Shown here piece after piece: positions 20,300 to 32,218 of a stretch of 64,000 nt of DNA. The DNA is taken from NCBI GenBank assembly GCA_963744995.1, contig CAVUWA010000001.1, forward strand, positions 128,001-192,000, read 5' to 3'. Source of the DNA: Candidatus Eiseniibacteriota bacterium (GTDB lineage Bacteria > Eisenbacteria > RBG-16-71-46). Under the pieces are notes generated by a model. The model made no database searches. It was given only the letters and a program-made list of their open reading frames with translations, and had not been told where the DNA came from. The position numbers were made by a program, and so were the translations under genes. How positions within the stretch are numbered: the first letter of the stretch is position 1; each line of letters opens with the position of its first letter.

Positions 20300-21256
20300 C
20301 TACCCCCTCTCCGGCGCCGCGCTGCCCATGCCCAGGGCCGCCAGCGTCTCTTCGAGCGAAGCGGGATCCTCGACGTTCCAGCTCTTCGCCTCGCGGTCGA
20401 TCGAGCGCAGGAGGCCGCGCAGCACCTTGCCGGTCCCGGCCTCGATGAAGCCGTTCAGCCCCTGGCCGAGCAGCAGCCGCATCGAATCCTCCCAGCGCAC
20501 GGCGCCGAGCAGCTGGCGCTGGAGCGCATCGCGGATCTCGCCGGCGCGCCGCACCGGGCGCGCATCCACGTTGCAGATCACCGGACACGAAGCGTCGCGC
20601 AGCGGCACCTCGGCGAGCGCCTCGGCAAGCCCGGCGGCGGCCGATTCCATGAGCGGCGAATGGAACGCCCCGCTCACCACCAGCCGGATCGCACGCTTCG
20701 CCCCGCGCTCCTTCGCGATCGCGCAGGCGCGGTCCACGGCCTCGACCTCGCCCGAGATCACCACCTGCCCGGGCGCGTTGAGATTGGCCGCCACCACGAC
20801 ACCGGCGTCCGCCGCGTCACGGCAGACGCCGTCCACCGCTTCGCGATCGAGGCCGAGCAGCGCCGCCATGCCCCCGGGCCGCTGGATGCCGGCCTCGTAC
20901 ATGAGCTGGCCGCGGCGATGCACGAGCCGCAGCGCATCCTCGAACGTTAGCGCGCCGGCGGCGACGCACGCCGAGTACTCGCCGAGACTGTGGCCGGCGG
21001 TGAACGCCGAAGTCACGCCCGCGGCCTCGAGCAGCCGCCAGGCCGCGACGCTGTGGGCGAGCAGCGCGGGCTGCGCGTGGTGGGTCTTCCTGAGCTCGTC
21101 CTCGGGCCCCTCCCACATGACGCCCGTGAGGGAAAAGCCGAGCGCGGCGTCGGCCGCTTCGAAGGTCTCTCGAGCGAGCGGATGCGCCTCGGCGAGCGCC
21201 AGCCCCATGCCGACGGCCTGTGCGCCCTGGCCCGGACAGAGGAGCGCGAGCTTCAC
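20300..21256 (-). CDS. fabD: malonyl-CoA:ACP transacylase
   Basis: PGQGAQ, AGHSLGEY, VSGAFHS; GTG start overlaps the fabH stop. Confidence 0.96.
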   Translation of the reverse strand: MKLALLCPGQGAQAVGMGLALAEAHPLARETFEAADAALGFSLTGVMWEGPEDELRKTHHAQPALLAHSVAAWRLLEAAGVTSAFTAGHSLGEYSACVAAGALTFEDALRLVHRRGQLMYEAGIQRPGGMAALLGLDREAVDGVCRDAADAGVVVAANLNAPGQVVISGEVEAVDRACAIAKERGAKRAIRLVVSGAFHSPLMESAAAGLAEALAEVPLRDASCPVICNVDARPVRRAGEIRDALQRQLLGAVRWEDSMRLLLGQGLNGFIEAGTGKVLRGLLRSIDREAKSWNVEDPASLEETLAALGMGSAAPERG

Positions 21257-22320
21257 GCCCCGCCTCGCTGCGCGGTGCCGGCGACCGAAGCCTTCCGGGT
21301 GGTGTGCTCGACCGGCATGGTCCAGCGCATGAGGCTCGCGCCCCAGGTCGCACCGCCGCCGAACGCCATGAAGGCGATGCGGTCGCCGACCTTCACGCGC
21401 CCCGCGCGCACGACCTCGTCGAGGCTGATCGGAATCGAGGCCGAAGACGTGTTGCCGTAGCGGGCGATGTTGGAGATCACCTTGTCCTCCGGCAGACCGA
21501 GCCGCTCGCGCACCGCGTCGATGATGCGCTGGTTGGCCTGGTGCGGCACCACCAGATCGAGGTCTTCCGGTCCGATGCCGCCCTCCCCCATCACCGTGCG
21601 CAGGCTCTCTTCCATGGCGCGCACCGCGAACGGGAACAGCTTCTTGCCGTGCATCTTGATGAAGTGCTGGCGCTCCTCGAGCGACGCCTCGCTCGCCGGG
21701 GTGCGCGACCCGCCGGCCGGCACCTCCAGCACGTCGCCGAGATCGCCGTCGCTGTGCATGTCCACCGCGAGGATGCCCTCGCCGGGCGGGCACGGCTGGA
21801 TGACCGCCGCGCCGGCGCCGTCGCCGAACAGCACGCAGGTATTGCGGTCGGAGTAGTCCACGATCCGCGACAGCGTTTCGACTCCGATCACCAGCACCGT
21901 CTCGGCGATGTGCGCCGCGACGAGCCCCTTGGCGAGCCCGAGTCCGTAGACGAACCCGGTGCACGCGGCGAACATGTCGTAGGCCGCGGCGTTCTTCGCG
22001 CCGATCTTCTGCTGCACGGTGCACGCGCACGAGGGCAGGAAGCGGTCGGGCGTCGTGGTCGCGACGATGATCTGGTCCACGTCCAGGGCGGTGAGCCCCG
22101 CCATCTCCAGAGCGCGCAGGCCGGCCGCCGAGGCGAAGTCGGACGAGGCCTCGTCCGCAGCGGCGATGCGCCGTTCGCGAATGCCGGTGCGCTCGAAGAT
22201 CCATTCGTCGGAGGTATCGACCATCTTCTCGAGGTCGGCGTTCGACAGCACGCGCGAAGGCACGCTCATCCCGGTGCCGGTGATGGTCGCGCCCCGAAGG
22301 CCGTCAGGCTGCGGTGACAT
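21253..22320 (-). CDS. fabH: beta-ketoacyl-ACP synthase III
   Basis: AACTGF, LFGDGAGA, PHQAN.RI, GNTSSAS. Confidence 0.96.
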   Translation of the reverse strand: MSPQPDGLRGATITGTGMSVPSRVLSNADLEKMVDTSDEWIFERTGIRERRIAAADEASSDFASAAGLRALEMAGLTALDVDQIIVATTTPDRFLPSCACTVQQKIGAKNAAAYDMFAACTGFVYGLGLAKGLVAAHIAETVLVIGVETLSRIVDYSDRNTCVLFGDGAGAAVIQPCPPGEGILAVDMHSDGDLGDVLEVPAGGSRTPASEASLEERQHFIKMHGKKLFPFAVRAMEESLRTVMGEGGIGPEDLDLVVPHQANQRIIDAVRERLGLPEDKVISNIARYGNTSSASIPISLDEVVRAGRVKVGDRIAFMAFGGGATWGASLMRWTMPVEHTTRKASVAGTAQRGGA

Positions 22321-23329
22321 GATCCGCCTCGATTTCCTCGCGAATGTGAGCGTTGACGCGGGCGTCGATGAACGCGGTCATCGTCCTGACCGCACTGCGG
22401 ATCGCGCGCGGGCTGCTGCTGCCGTGGCCGACGAAGCACACGCCGTCGACCCCGAGCAGCGGCGCCGCGCCGTGTTCCTCCCAGTCCATGCGCCGCGCGA
22501 GCCGGCGGAGCGCGGGCGCCATGAACAGCACGCCGAGCTTCGCCAGCCAGTCGCCGCGCAGCTCTTCGCCGATCATGTGCCGCAGGAGCCCGGCGATGCT
22601 CTCCGCGGTCTTCAGCAGAACGTTGCCGGTGAAGCCGTCGGTCACCACGACGTCGCAGTCGCCCTTGAACACGTCGCGGCCCTCGACGTTGCCGATGAAG
22701 TTCAGATGCCCGGCACGCTTGAGCAGCGGCAGCGCCTCGAGCACCAGCGCGTTGCCCTTGGTGTCCTCTTCCCCGATCGACAGCAGGCCGACGGTGGGAT
22801 CCTTGCGGTCGAGCAGGTAGCGCGCATAGACGGCCCCCATGTGCGCGAACTGGACGAGCCACGCGGGTTTGCACTCCGCATTCGCACCGACGTCGAGGAC
22901 CACTGTGCCCTGGCCGCGGTTCGGCACGAACACCGCGAGGGCAGGGCGGCTCACGCCCTCCAGACGGCCGAGCCCGAGCAGCGCGGTGGCGACCACCGCG
23001 CCGGTGTTGCCGGCGCTGAAGATCGCGTCGAGCTTGCCGTCGCGATGCAGCTGGGTGAGGACCACGAGCGACGACTGGCTCTTGCGTCGCACCGCGGCCG
23101 CCGCCTTCTCGGCCATCTCGATGCGCTCGGGCGCGTGCACGACCTCGATCGGCAGCGACTCGGCCTTGAGCTGACGCAGCGATTCGCGCAGCTCGACCTC
23201 GTCGCCGACCAGGGTGATGTGCAGGCGCCCGGGCATCTCTTTCAGGGCCTGCACCGCTCCCTCGGTGACCGTGCCGGGGCCGAAGTCCCCGCCCATCGCA
23301 TCAATCCCGATCCTGGGGATCGAGCCCAT
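22304..23329 (-). CDS. plsX: phosphate acyltransferase PlsX
   Basis: IDAMGGD, SAGNTGA, LDVGAN, VTDGFTGNV.LK. Confidence 0.96.
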   Translation of the reverse strand: MGSIPRIGIDAMGGDFGPGTVTEGAVQALKEMPGRLHITLVGDEVELRESLRQLKAESLPIEVVHAPERIEMAEKAAAAVRRKSQSSLVVLTQLHRDGKLDAIFSAGNTGAVVATALLGLGRLEGVSRPALAVFVPNRGQGTVVLDVGANAECKPAWLVQFAHMGAVYARYLLDRKDPTVGLLSIGEEDTKGNALVLEALPLLKRAGHLNFIGNVEGRDVFKGDCDVVVTDGFTGNVLLKTAESIAGLLRHMIGEELRGDWLAKLGVLFMAPALRRLARRMDWEEHGAAPLLGVDGVCFVGHGSSSPRAIRSAVRTMTAFIDARVNAHIREEIEADHVTAA

Positions 23330-23346
23330 TCGCTCGCCCGCGCCGC

Positions 23347-23529
23347 CTAGACGTCTCGCGGCACGACGACTTCCTGGCCGTCGTAGTAACCGCAGTTGGG
23401 GCAGATCCGGTGCGGCAGCCGCGGACTGCTGCAGTGGCTGCACACGTTGATGCCGGTGCGCTTCAGCTTCCAGTTGGTGCGGCGTTTCCTGCCGCGCGTC
23501 TTCGAATGTCTCCGCTTGGGGACCGCCAT
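23347..23529 (-). CDS. rpmF: 50S ribosomal protein L32 (zinc-binding form)
   Basis: MAVPKRRHSK...CSHC...PHRICPNCGYY. Confidence 0.97.
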   Translation of the reverse strand: MAVPKRRHSKTRGRKRRTNWKLKRTGINVCSHCSSPRLPHRICPNCGYYDGQEVVVPRDV

Positions 23530-23535
23530 AAAGCC

Positions 23536-24024
23536 CTACTCCTCCGATGTGGAAGCGACTTCACATGCACAGGGCCCTTCGTTGCGGTCGGCGCCGCAGT
23601 TCGGGCACAGGCCCCGGCAGTCTTCGCGACAGTGCGGCGCCATGGGAACGTCCACGAGCAGCGCCTGCCGCGCCGGGTCCCCGAGGTCCACCTGTCGTCC
23701 GTTGAAAAACACCAGATCGTGATCGCGCTCGAGCTCCTGCTCGCTCGCCCCGCGCGTATGTCCCGATCGCTCGGCGAGAACCTCGAGCGGGACCCGCAGA
23801 GGGTACTCGAATGCCCGCAGGCAGCGGACGCATTCCAGCTGCGCCGTCCCCTCGATCGAGCCGCGGATCGAGAGGTTTTCGCCCAGCTTTTCAACCTGAA
23901 ACACACCCCGCACCGGCCCGGTCCAGCCTCCGGGATCGAGCCCGAGGTCCTCGCCCCCGGCTTCGATCTCGATGCGTTCGGAGTCGGTGCGGAGGGTGGC
24001 TACATCAATGGTAAATCCGGACAT
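23536..24024 (-). CDS. yceD: YceD/DUF177 family protein
   Basis: CVRCL and CREDCRGLCPNCG motifs; directly upstream of rpmF. Confidence 0.9.
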   Translation of the reverse strand: MSGFTIDVATLRTDSERIEIEAGGEDLGLDPGGWTGPVRGVFQVEKLGENLSIRGSIEGTAQLECVRCLRAFEYPLRVPLEVLAERSGHTRGASEQELERDHDLVFFNGRQVDLGDPARQALLVDVPMAPHCREDCRGLCPNCGADRNEGPCACEVASTSEE

Positions 24025-24204
24025 ACAAAATATGCCTGTGGACGCAGGACCCAGGCAGGAGCGAACCTAGCACAGGGTCCCCCTGGATTCCAGAACGGGC
24101 GCCGCAGGATACCGGGATACCGGAATGCCGGTCCCGCCCGCCCGTGACGGACGGGAGCGCCCCCCCCGCGGCGTGCCGGGCCGCGGGGCTCGCCACGGCG
24201 CCGC

Positions 24205-24627
24205 CTACCCGGCGACGACCGCGGCGCCGAAGAACAGCTTGAGTTCGCGCTCCGCGCTCGCCGGGCTGTCGGAGGCGTGCACCGAGTTCATCTGCTTGCT
24301 CTTGCCGAATCTCTTCCGCACGGTGCCCTCGGCCGCGGCGGCGGGGTCGGTCGCACCGACCACCTCGCGCAGCTTCGCGACGGCGTCCTCGCGCTCGAGG
24401 CAGACCAGCATGACCTGTCCGGACGTCATGTAGTCGACGAGCTCGCCGAAGAACGGCTTCTCGCGATGCTCGTCGTAGAACGTCTTGGCTTCGTCCCGGG
24501 TGAGGCGGGCGAGCCGCGCCGCGGCGATCCGGAATCCTTGCGCCTCGACGTGGGCGAGGATCGACCCGATCAGGTTCCGCTCGACGGCGTCCGGTTTCAC
24601 GATGAACAGCGTGCGTTGCAGGGCCAC
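24205..24627 (-). CDS. ndk: nucleoside diphosphate kinase
   Basis: RTLFIVKPDAV, NSVHASDS. Confidence 0.97.
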   Translation of the reverse strand: MALQRTLFIVKPDAVERNLIGSILAHVEAQGFRIAAARLARLTRDEAKTFYDEHREKPFFGELVDYMTSGQVMLVCLEREDAVAKLREVVGATDPAAAAEGTVRKRFGKSKQMNSVHASDSPASAERELKLFFGAAVVAG

Positions 24628-24649
24628 GGCTCTGTCTCCTTCGACGGGT

Positions 24650-25683
<1,034 letters not shown>

Positions 25684-25687
<4 letters not shown>

Positions 25688-26826
25688 GCCGTCACCTCCT
25701 GCGCCTTTTCGATCACCATGCGCACGGCTTCATCCATCTGGGTCGTCGCCCCGAGTCCGTTCTCGGACAGAATCTGGCGCGCGAGGTCCTCGTTGGTGCC
25801 GGTCAGGCGGATCACCAGCGGCACTTCGAGCGGTTTCTTCTCCAGCGACTGCACGATGCCGTTGGCGACGTCGTCGCAGCGGGTGATGCCGCCGAAGATG
25901 TTGAACAGGATCGCGCGTACGCCGCGGGTGTCGCCGGTGATGATGTCGAGCGCCGCCGTCACCTTCTCCGGGCTCGACGAGCCGCCGATGTCGAGGAAGT
26001 TGGCCGGCTCGCCGCCGTAGTGCTTGACCAGGTCCATGGTCGCCATCGCGAGCCCGGCGCCGTTGACGACGCAGCCGATGTCACCGTCGAGTTTCACGTA
26101 GGAGAGCCCCTTTTCGCGCGCCAGCCGCTCGCCCGGGCTCTCGTCCTCGGGGTCGCGCCAGGTGCCCCACTCGCGATGCCGAAACGCGGCGTTGTCGTCG
26201 AGGCTCACCTTGGCGTCCAGCGCGATCACCCGCCCTTCGGGGGTCACGATCAGCGGATTGATCTCGGCGAGCGAGCAGTCGCCGTCGCTGAAGACGCGCC
26301 AGAGCTTGAGCAGCACGTCCGCGGCCTGCGCGACCAGGCGGCCGTCCTCGAGAATCGGCTGGAACAGCTCGCGCGCCTGGTAGGCGCGCAGGCCTTCGAG
26401 CGGAATATGGCGGCGCACGATCTTCTCGGGCGCCGTGCGCGCCACCTCTTCGATCTCCACGCCGCCTTCGGCCGACAGCATGATGAGCGGCAGCTTGCGA
26501 CTCCGATCGAGCACGATCGACAGATACAGTTCGCGCGCGATGTCGGCTGCCTGCGTCACGAGTACCCGGCGCACCGGCAGTCCCTTGATCTCGAGCGCGA
26601 GGATGTCGCGCGCCTTCGCGAAGGCCTCGTCCGGCGAGTGCGCGAGCTTCACGCCACCGGCCTTGCCGCGACCGCCGGCCTGCACCTGCGCCTTGACGAC
26701 GACCGTGCCGCCGATCGAGGCCGCGACGTCGCGCGCCTCTTCGGGCGTCATCGCCACCTGGCCCGGCAGCACCGGCAGCCCGTAGCGGGCGAAGAGTTCC
26801 TTGCCCTGGTACTCGTACAGGTTCAT
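25684..26826 (-). CDS. sucC: succinyl-CoA synthetase beta subunit
   Basis: [39 protein letters not shown]. Confidence 0.97.
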
Positions 26827-27163
26827 GGACACTCCATCTCGCGGCGGCCCGCCCCGGAGCTTCCCGGCGGAACCCACCGCGCCATTCGGTGATGGTCGCT
26901 CCGGCCGCGCCGTGCACGGCGGCCGGAATGCTCGAGGCGGCGCCGTCGCTCGATGCAACGAATCGAGCCTCGCGCGCCGGTCATGCGAACTCCTGTCGGG
27001 AGAAGGCCGGCTGCGGGCGCCGGACGTGCCGGAACGCAACGCAGCCATCGCGCGGACCCCCTCGAGCGGGTCGCTACCGAACGGGGTCCGGGCGGAAAAG
27101 GACGCGATACGTTAAGCGCCGGGCCGCGCAGAATCAAGCCGCGGCGGGGCGGGCGCACCACGT

Positions 27164-27649
27164 TCAGCCGTCGAGCGCCGACCGGCCCCGGGCGATCCGC
27201 TCGGCGAGCGCGCTGGTGCTGTGGCCCGCGCGGATCGGGATGCTGAGGACCCTGCCGCCGTACTGCTCGACGAACTCGCGGCCGACGATCCGCTCCAGCG
27301 GCCAGTCGCCGCCTTTCGCCAGCACGTCGGGGCGCACCGCCTCGATCAGCCGCGCCGGCGTGTCGTCGTCGAAGACCACCACCAGATCCACGCTGCGCAG
27401 CGCGGCCAGCACCGCGACCCGGTCTTCGGCCTTGACCAGCGGGCGCGCGGCGCCCTTCAGACGCCGCACCGAAGCGTCGCCGTTCACGCCGACCACCAGG
27501 CGGTCGCCGAGCGCGCGCGCTTCGGCCAGGTATTCCACGTGGCCGCGGTGCAGGAGATCGAAGACGCCGTTCGTGAACACGATGCGCTCGCCGGCCGCGC
27601 GCCAGGCGTCGATCGTGCGGCGCGCAGCGGGAGCGAGCACGCCGTTCAC
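27164..27649 (-). CDS. rfaE2: D-glycero-beta-D-manno-heptose 1-phosphate adenylyltransferase (RfaE domain II)
   Basis: [26 protein letters not shown] overlaps the upstream stop. Confidence 0.93.
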   Translation of the reverse strand: MNGVLAPAARRTIDAWRAAGERIVFTNGVFDLLHRGHVEYLAEARALGDRLVVGVNGDASVRRLKGAARPLVKAEDRVAVLAALRSVDLVVVFDDDTPARLIEAVRPDVLAKGGDWPLERIVGREFVEQYGGRVLSIPIRAGHSTSALAERIARGRSALDG

Positions 27650-28668
27650 GCCCGCGGCGCCGGCGCGCGGGGCGGCGTCTCGGAGAGCGAGGCGAGCAAC
27701 GCCTGCGGGGAGCAGGTCGCCGTGCCGACCTCGCGGATCACGACGCCGGCCGCGTGATTCGCCAGCAGGCAGGCGGCGGCGAAGTCGGCGCCCGCAGCGA
27801 GCGCCGCCGCGACCACGCTCACGACCGTGTCGCCCGCGCCGGTGACGTCGAATACCTCGCGCGCCACGGTCGGCAGGTGGGTGTAGGCGCCGCCGCGTTC
27901 GAACAGGCTCATGCCGTCGGCGCCGCGGGTGACCAGCAGGGCCTCGGCGTCGAGACGCTGCTGCAGCCCCCAGCCCACCTCCATGAGGCTCGCCTCGTCC
28001 ACCACGCGGCGGCCCTGCACGTAGCCGGCCTCGTGCTGGTTGGGGGTGAGGATGCTCACGCCGCGATAGGCCTCGATGTGGCTCTCCTTGGGATCCACGC
28101 TCACCGCCACGCTGCGGCGGCGCGCCGCGGCGAGCGCGACGTCCAGGGTCGCGGCGGTGATCACACCCTTGCCGTAGTCGCTGACGATCAGCCCGTCGGC
28201 GCGCGCGATCTCGCGTTCCAGCACCGCACGGATCTGCTCGAGCGCGGCACCGGACACGTCGTGGCGCCGTTCGCGGTCGGCACGCACCACCTGCTGCGAG
28301 TGGGCGATGATCCGTGTCTTGACCGTCGTCGGGCGGCCCGGGTCGCGCGCGAGGCCCGACGGGTCCACGCCGCGCGCCGCGCAGGCGTCGGCGAGCCGCG
28401 CGCCGTCGGCGTCGTCGCCGGTCGCCCCGACCAGCACCGCCTCGGCGCCGAGCGCGCGCAGGTTGACGGCCACGTTGGCGGCGCCGCCGAGCGCCATCGT
28501 CTCGCGCTCGACCTCGACCACCGGCACCGGGGCTTCCGGGGAGATCCGTTCGACCCGGCCCCAGAGGTAGCGGTCGATCATGCAGTCGCCGAGCACCACC
28601 AGCCGGCGCCCGGCGATGGCCTCCACGGTCCGCCGCAACCGATCGGGATCGAAACGGGTTTCGCTCAT
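27646..28668 (-). CDS. rfaE1: D-glycero-beta-D-manno-heptose-7-phosphate kinase (RfaE domain I)
   Basis: [31 protein letters not shown]. Confidence 0.93.
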   Translation of the reverse strand: MSETRFDPDRLRRTVEAIAGRRLVVLGDCMIDRYLWGRVERISPEAPVPVVEVERETMALGGAANVAVNLRALGAEAVLVGATGDDADGARLADACAARGVDPSGLARDPGRPTTVKTRIIAHSQQVVRADRERRHDVSGAALEQIRAVLEREIARADGLIVSDYGKGVITAATLDVALAAARRRSVAVSVDPKESHIEAYRGVSILTPNQHEAGYVQGRRVVDEASLMEVGWGLQQRLDAEALLVTRGADGMSLFERGGAYTHLPTVAREVFDVTGAGDTVVSVVAAALAAGADFAAACLLANHAAGVVIREVGTATCSPQALLASLSETPPRAPAPRA

Positions 28669-28734
28669 CGGCGGCGCACGCTACACCCCGCCCCACACCG
28701 GGTCAAAAGACGGCCCCCGCGCCCATCGACACAC

Positions 28735-28764
28735 TTGACGCGCCCTTCGTCGTCCGCCTAGCTT
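28735..28764 (+). promoter_or_regulatory. sigma70-type promoter, probably giving a leaderless mRNA
   Basis: TTGACG-N18-TAGCTT ends 7 nt before ATG 28772. Confidence 0.55.
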
Positions 28765-28771
28765 GCCCATC

Positions 28772-29710
28772 ATGCCGACTGAAATCCGCCATGCTTCCGC
28801 GGCCGACGCCGCGTCCATCCACGCCCTCGCGACGGATCCCTCGCTGCGCGACCACTTTGACAGCTTCCAGAGCGAAGAGGGCGTGCACCACGATCTGGTG
28901 AACCCGCTGGTCGCGCCGGCGATGACCCATCTGGCCTCGGTGGACGGCAGGCCGGCGGGATTCATCGCCGGCTACGCCGTGCGCCCGTCTGGAAGCCCGG
29001 GCTGGGCGTTCCTGCGTCTGGGCGTCGCCGGGTGGGCCCGGCGCCGCGGCGTCGGCCGCGCGCTGCTCGCGGCCGCCGCGCGCGCCGCGCGCGGTGCGGG
29101 CGTGCTCGGCGCAGGCGGCGAACTGCTGCTGCCGATGGAGGACTTCTCGGCCGAGGGCCAGGCGTTCGCGACCTGCTTCGGTTTCCGCATCGACCGTTAC
29201 TTCTATCGCATGCGCCGGCCCGCGGGGCCGATCGCGCCGCCCGCCTGGCCTCCGGGCGTCACCGTGCGCGTGTTCGACGGCTCCGCCGGCGCGATCGAGG
29301 ACTGGAACGCCGTCTACGAAGCGTCGTTCGCAGCGCACTACCGGCCCGTGCCGAGCACCCCGGACCTTTGCCGGCGCATCGCCGCAGCGCCGGACTTCCT
29401 CGCCGACGGACTGGCGCTGGCCTACCGTGACGGCCGCTGCGTCGGCTTCTGCCGCAACGAGACGATCGGCGACATGGGCGTGATCGGTCTGCTGGGCGTG
29501 GCGCCCGCGGCGCGCCGCAGCGGCCTCGGCCGTGCGCTGCTGCGCTGGGGCGTGACCTACTTCGACGATCCGCGCTGGAGCGGCGTGGGCCTCGGCGTCG
29601 ACGGCGAGAACGAGAACGCCACGGCGCTCTACCGCTCCGAGGGCTTCGTCATCGACCGCCGCCGCCAGATCTGGGCCGGCTCGATGGACGCGGTCGCGGG
29701 CGGCCGCTGA
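28772..29710 (+). CDS. tandem GNAT acetyltransferase (MshD-like architecture)
   Basis: Two acetyl-CoA motifs (RRRGVGRALL, RRSGLGRALL) and ATALYRSEGF. Confidence 0.8.
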   Translation: MPTEIRHASAADAASIHALATDPSLRDHFDSFQSEEGVHHDLVNPLVAPAMTHLASVDGRPAGFIAGYAVRPSGSPGWAFLRLGVAGWARRRGVGRALLAAAARAARGAGVLGAGGELLLPMEDFSAEGQAFATCFGFRIDRYFYRMRRPAGPIAPPAWPPGVTVRVFDGSAGAIEDWNAVYEASFAAHYRPVPSTPDLCRRIAAAPDFLADGLALAYRDGRCVGFCRNETIGDMGVIGLLGVAPAARRSGLGRALLRWGVTYFDDPRWSGVGLGVDGENENATALYRSEGFVIDRRRQIWAGSMDAVAGGR

Positions 29711-29725
29711 GCCGGACGCCGCGGC

Positions 29726-30400
29726 TCAGCGCGCGAAGTCGAAGCGCTGTCGGCACCACACCGCGACCGGCTCGCCGCCCTTGAGCGCCGGGAAGAACGC
29801 CATGCTGCGCGCGCACGCGATCGCCGCATGGACGAGCGCGCTGTCGGTCGCGCCGCCCGACCACACGGCATCCCGCACGGCGCCCGTCTCGTCCACCTCG
29901 ACGTCGAGCTCGACGGAGGCCGGAAGCGACGCGCCCGCGGGCACCGCGATGCGCCCCGTGCGGCGCGGTATGGGCGGCTTCAACCCGGGCTCGATCGCGA
30001 GCGCGGGCGGTGCAGGCGCGCCTTCGGGAACCGCGGGCGGCGCCGCCGGCAGCGGCGGATCGGGCGCCGCGGGTCTGGACGGCGTGACGCGGAGCGCCCA
30101 CACCGCGGGCGGCGGCCGGACCGGCAGCGCGCTCCCCCGGCTCGAGTCCGCGAGCCATTCGACCGGCAGCGCAAAGGCGCTGTCCGCCGCTGCAGCGCCT
30201 GCGCGCGGCGCCGCCCGTTCGCGCGGTGCACAGGCGCCGAGCGCGAGCGCGAGCAGCACGGCGCCCGCCGTCCGGCCGCGCCACCGGCGGCGGCGCGCCT
30301 GGAGCGAGCACGAACCACACGGCGAACCGGCTCGCACGCCGGCGCGCGCCGCACGGCGCAACCTTGAGCGACTCGGAAGCGTGGGATATTCTGAAGGCAA
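29726..30400 (-). CDS. TonB C-terminal domain protein, possible lipoprotein; start uncertain, probably downstream of the ORF start
   Basis: LALGAC lipobox-like segment, Pro-rich linker, VEVDETGAV...AA...F.PA..GGEPVAV. Confidence 0.6.
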   Translation of the reverse strand: MPSEYPTLPSRSRLRRAARAGVRAGSPCGSCSLQARRRRWRGRTAGAVLLALALGACAPRERAAPRAGAAAADSAFALPVEWLADSSRGSALPVRPPPAVWALRVTPSRPAAPDPPLPAAPPAVPEGAPAPPALAIEPGLKPPIPRRTGRIAVPAGASLPASVELDVEVDETGAVRDAVWSGGATDSALVHAAIACARSMAFFPALKGGEPVAVWCRQRFDFAR

Positions 30401-30453
30401 TTCGACACCCCTTGCGGCGAACGAGCCGCCTCCCGCCGCAGATCGAGGAGCCC

Positions 30454-31470
30454 ATGAATTCGCGCGAACGAGTGATGGCCGCCGTCCGTGGTGAACCCGT
30501 CGACCGGCCGCCCGTCTCGTTCTGGGGCCACTTCTACCACCGCGAGTCGTCCGCCCGCGAGCTCGTCGACGCGACGGTGGAGTTCCAGACCGAGTACGGC
30601 TGGGACTGGGTCAAGCTGAACCCGCGCAAGCACTACCACGTCGAGCCATGGGGGGTCAGCTACCGCTACTACGACAGCGCGACGCAGAAGCCGACCCTGG
30701 AGAGCTGGCCGGTGCACCAGCCGGCGGACTGGGCGGCGATCGCCGAGCGGCCGCACGATCAGGGCGCGCTGGGCGAGCAGCTCGACGCCGTGCACCTGCT
30801 GCGCAGGAGCCTCCCGGCGGAGATCCCGGTCATCGAGACGGTGTTTACGCCGCTCGCCGTGCTCGGCGAAATGGTCGAGGAGCCGGGCGAGCTGCGCCTG
30901 CACATGCGCACCCATCCGAACGCGGTGCGCGGCGCGCTCGAAGCCGTCACCCGCACCTACGAGCGCTACGTCGCGGAAGTTCTCGCCCAGGGCGTCGACG
31001 GCATCTACTTCGCCACCGTGGACTGGGCCTCGCGGGACCTGCTGAGCGCCGAGGAATACCGCGAGTGGGCGCGCCCCTACGACCTGCGCGTCCTCGAGAT
31101 CGTGAAGGAGGCGCCGTTCAACGTCGTGCACGTCTGCAAGCGTCGCAACCTGCTCTACGAATTCGCGGACTATCCGGTGCAGGCGTTCTCGTGGTCGGCG
31201 ACCGATCCGCTGAACCCGACGCTGGCCGACGCACTCAAGCACCTGCCGGGCGGCCTGATGGGCGGCATCTCCCACGAGGAGTCGCTGCTCGAGCACAGTC
31301 CCAACGCCGTCCTGCGCGAATTGAGCCAGGGGTTTACGATGACCGGCGGACGCCGCTGGCTCGTCGCCCCCGGTTGTTCCATTCCTCCCGCCACGCCGGC
31401 CGCCAATCTCAAGGCGCTGCGCGAGGCGGTGGAGAATCTGCGCCCCGCATCGGAGGGGGCGCAGCCATAG
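30454..31470 (+). CDS. uroporphyrinogen decarboxylase (URO-D) family protein
   Basis: MNSRERV.AAV.GEPVDRPPV, TVFTPL, LVAPGCSIP; RBS GAGGAG. Confidence 0.85.
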   Translation: MNSRERVMAAVRGEPVDRPPVSFWGHFYHRESSARELVDATVEFQTEYGWDWVKLNPRKHYHVEPWGVSYRYYDSATQKPTLESWPVHQPADWAAIAERPHDQGALGEQLDAVHLLRRSLPAEIPVIETVFTPLAVLGEMVEEPGELRLHMRTHPNAVRGALEAVTRTYERYVAEVLAQGVDGIYFATVDWASRDLLSAEEYREWARPYDLRVLEIVKEAPFNVVHVCKRRNLLYEFADYPVQAFSWSATDPLNPTLADALKHLPGGLMGGISHEESLLEHSPNAVLRELSQGFTMTGGRRWLVAPGCSIPPATPAANLKALREAVENLRPASEGAQP

Positions 31471-31491
31471 GCTTCGTCCGAGGACGAAGCC
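31470..31491. terminator. hairpin after the URO-D gene
   Basis: GGCTTCGTCC-GA-GGACGAAGCC perfect inverted repeat; no U-tract. Confidence 0.35.
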
Positions 31492-31636
31492 GGCAGACTG
31501 CCGAGTCCGCCGGAGGCGGAGCGGCGGGGAGCGCGCGCGCGGATCTCGTTCCGCGACCGGGAAGCGCGTGAGCCACCGCGGCCCTCCGCGCCTTCGGGAG
31601 CCTGCGCGGAGTCACGAGAACGAAGGAGGTGCCGCG

Positions 31637-32218
31637 ATGAAAGCCCTCTGGTTCCTGCTCTCGCTCCAGCTTTGTCTCGTCCCCGCCGTCTTCGCTCAGG
31701 ACGTGAAGGACCGGCCGCCCCCCCCCGTTCCGGGCGGCACCACGCCGCAGGGGGACGAGATCAACACCCGCATGCGGGTGCGCGGCTCGGTGTACACCGG
31801 TGAAGAGGCGCCGGATTTCGAGCTGCCCTCCTCGACCGGACATGAAGTCCACCTGTCGACGTTCCGGCCGGCGTGGACGCTGCTCGTGTTCGCCGAGCGC
31901 AAGGAAGGGCTCCTGCCGCTCGCGACCATCCGCGACGAGATGGCCAAGCTCGGCGTGAAGATCGTCGGGGTCTGCGACGAGAAGGCCTACTTCCTCGTCG
32001 CCCACGTGCAGAAGGAGGATCCGGGTTTCCCGATGCTCGCCGACGTCACGGGGGAGATCTCCGGGCTCTACGGTCTCTACGACCCGGCGCGCCGCACGAC
32101 CGAGCCGGGCTTCTTCGTGATCGACCCGCACGGCATGGTGCGCCTGGCGCTGCTCGGCCAGCAGATCCGCCCGCCGGACATGGCCGGTCTCGTCTACTAC
32201 GCGGTGCGGACCCGCTAG
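31637..32218 (+). CDS. secreted AhpC/TSA (redoxin)-fold protein lacking the active-site Cys motif
   Basis: Signal peptide; GEEAPDFEL, FPMLAD..GEI..LYG, FVIDPHGMVR; RBS AGGAGG. Confidence 0.75.
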   Translation: MKALWFLLSLQLCLVPAVFAQDVKDRPPPPVPGGTTPQGDEINTRMRVRGSVYTGEEAPDFELPSSTGHEVHLSTFRPAWTLLVFAERKEGLLPLATIRDEMAKLGVKIVGVCDEKAYFLVAHVQKEDPGFPMLADVTGEISGLYGLYDPARRTTEPGFFVIDPHGMVRLALLGQQIRPPDMAGLVYYAVRTR

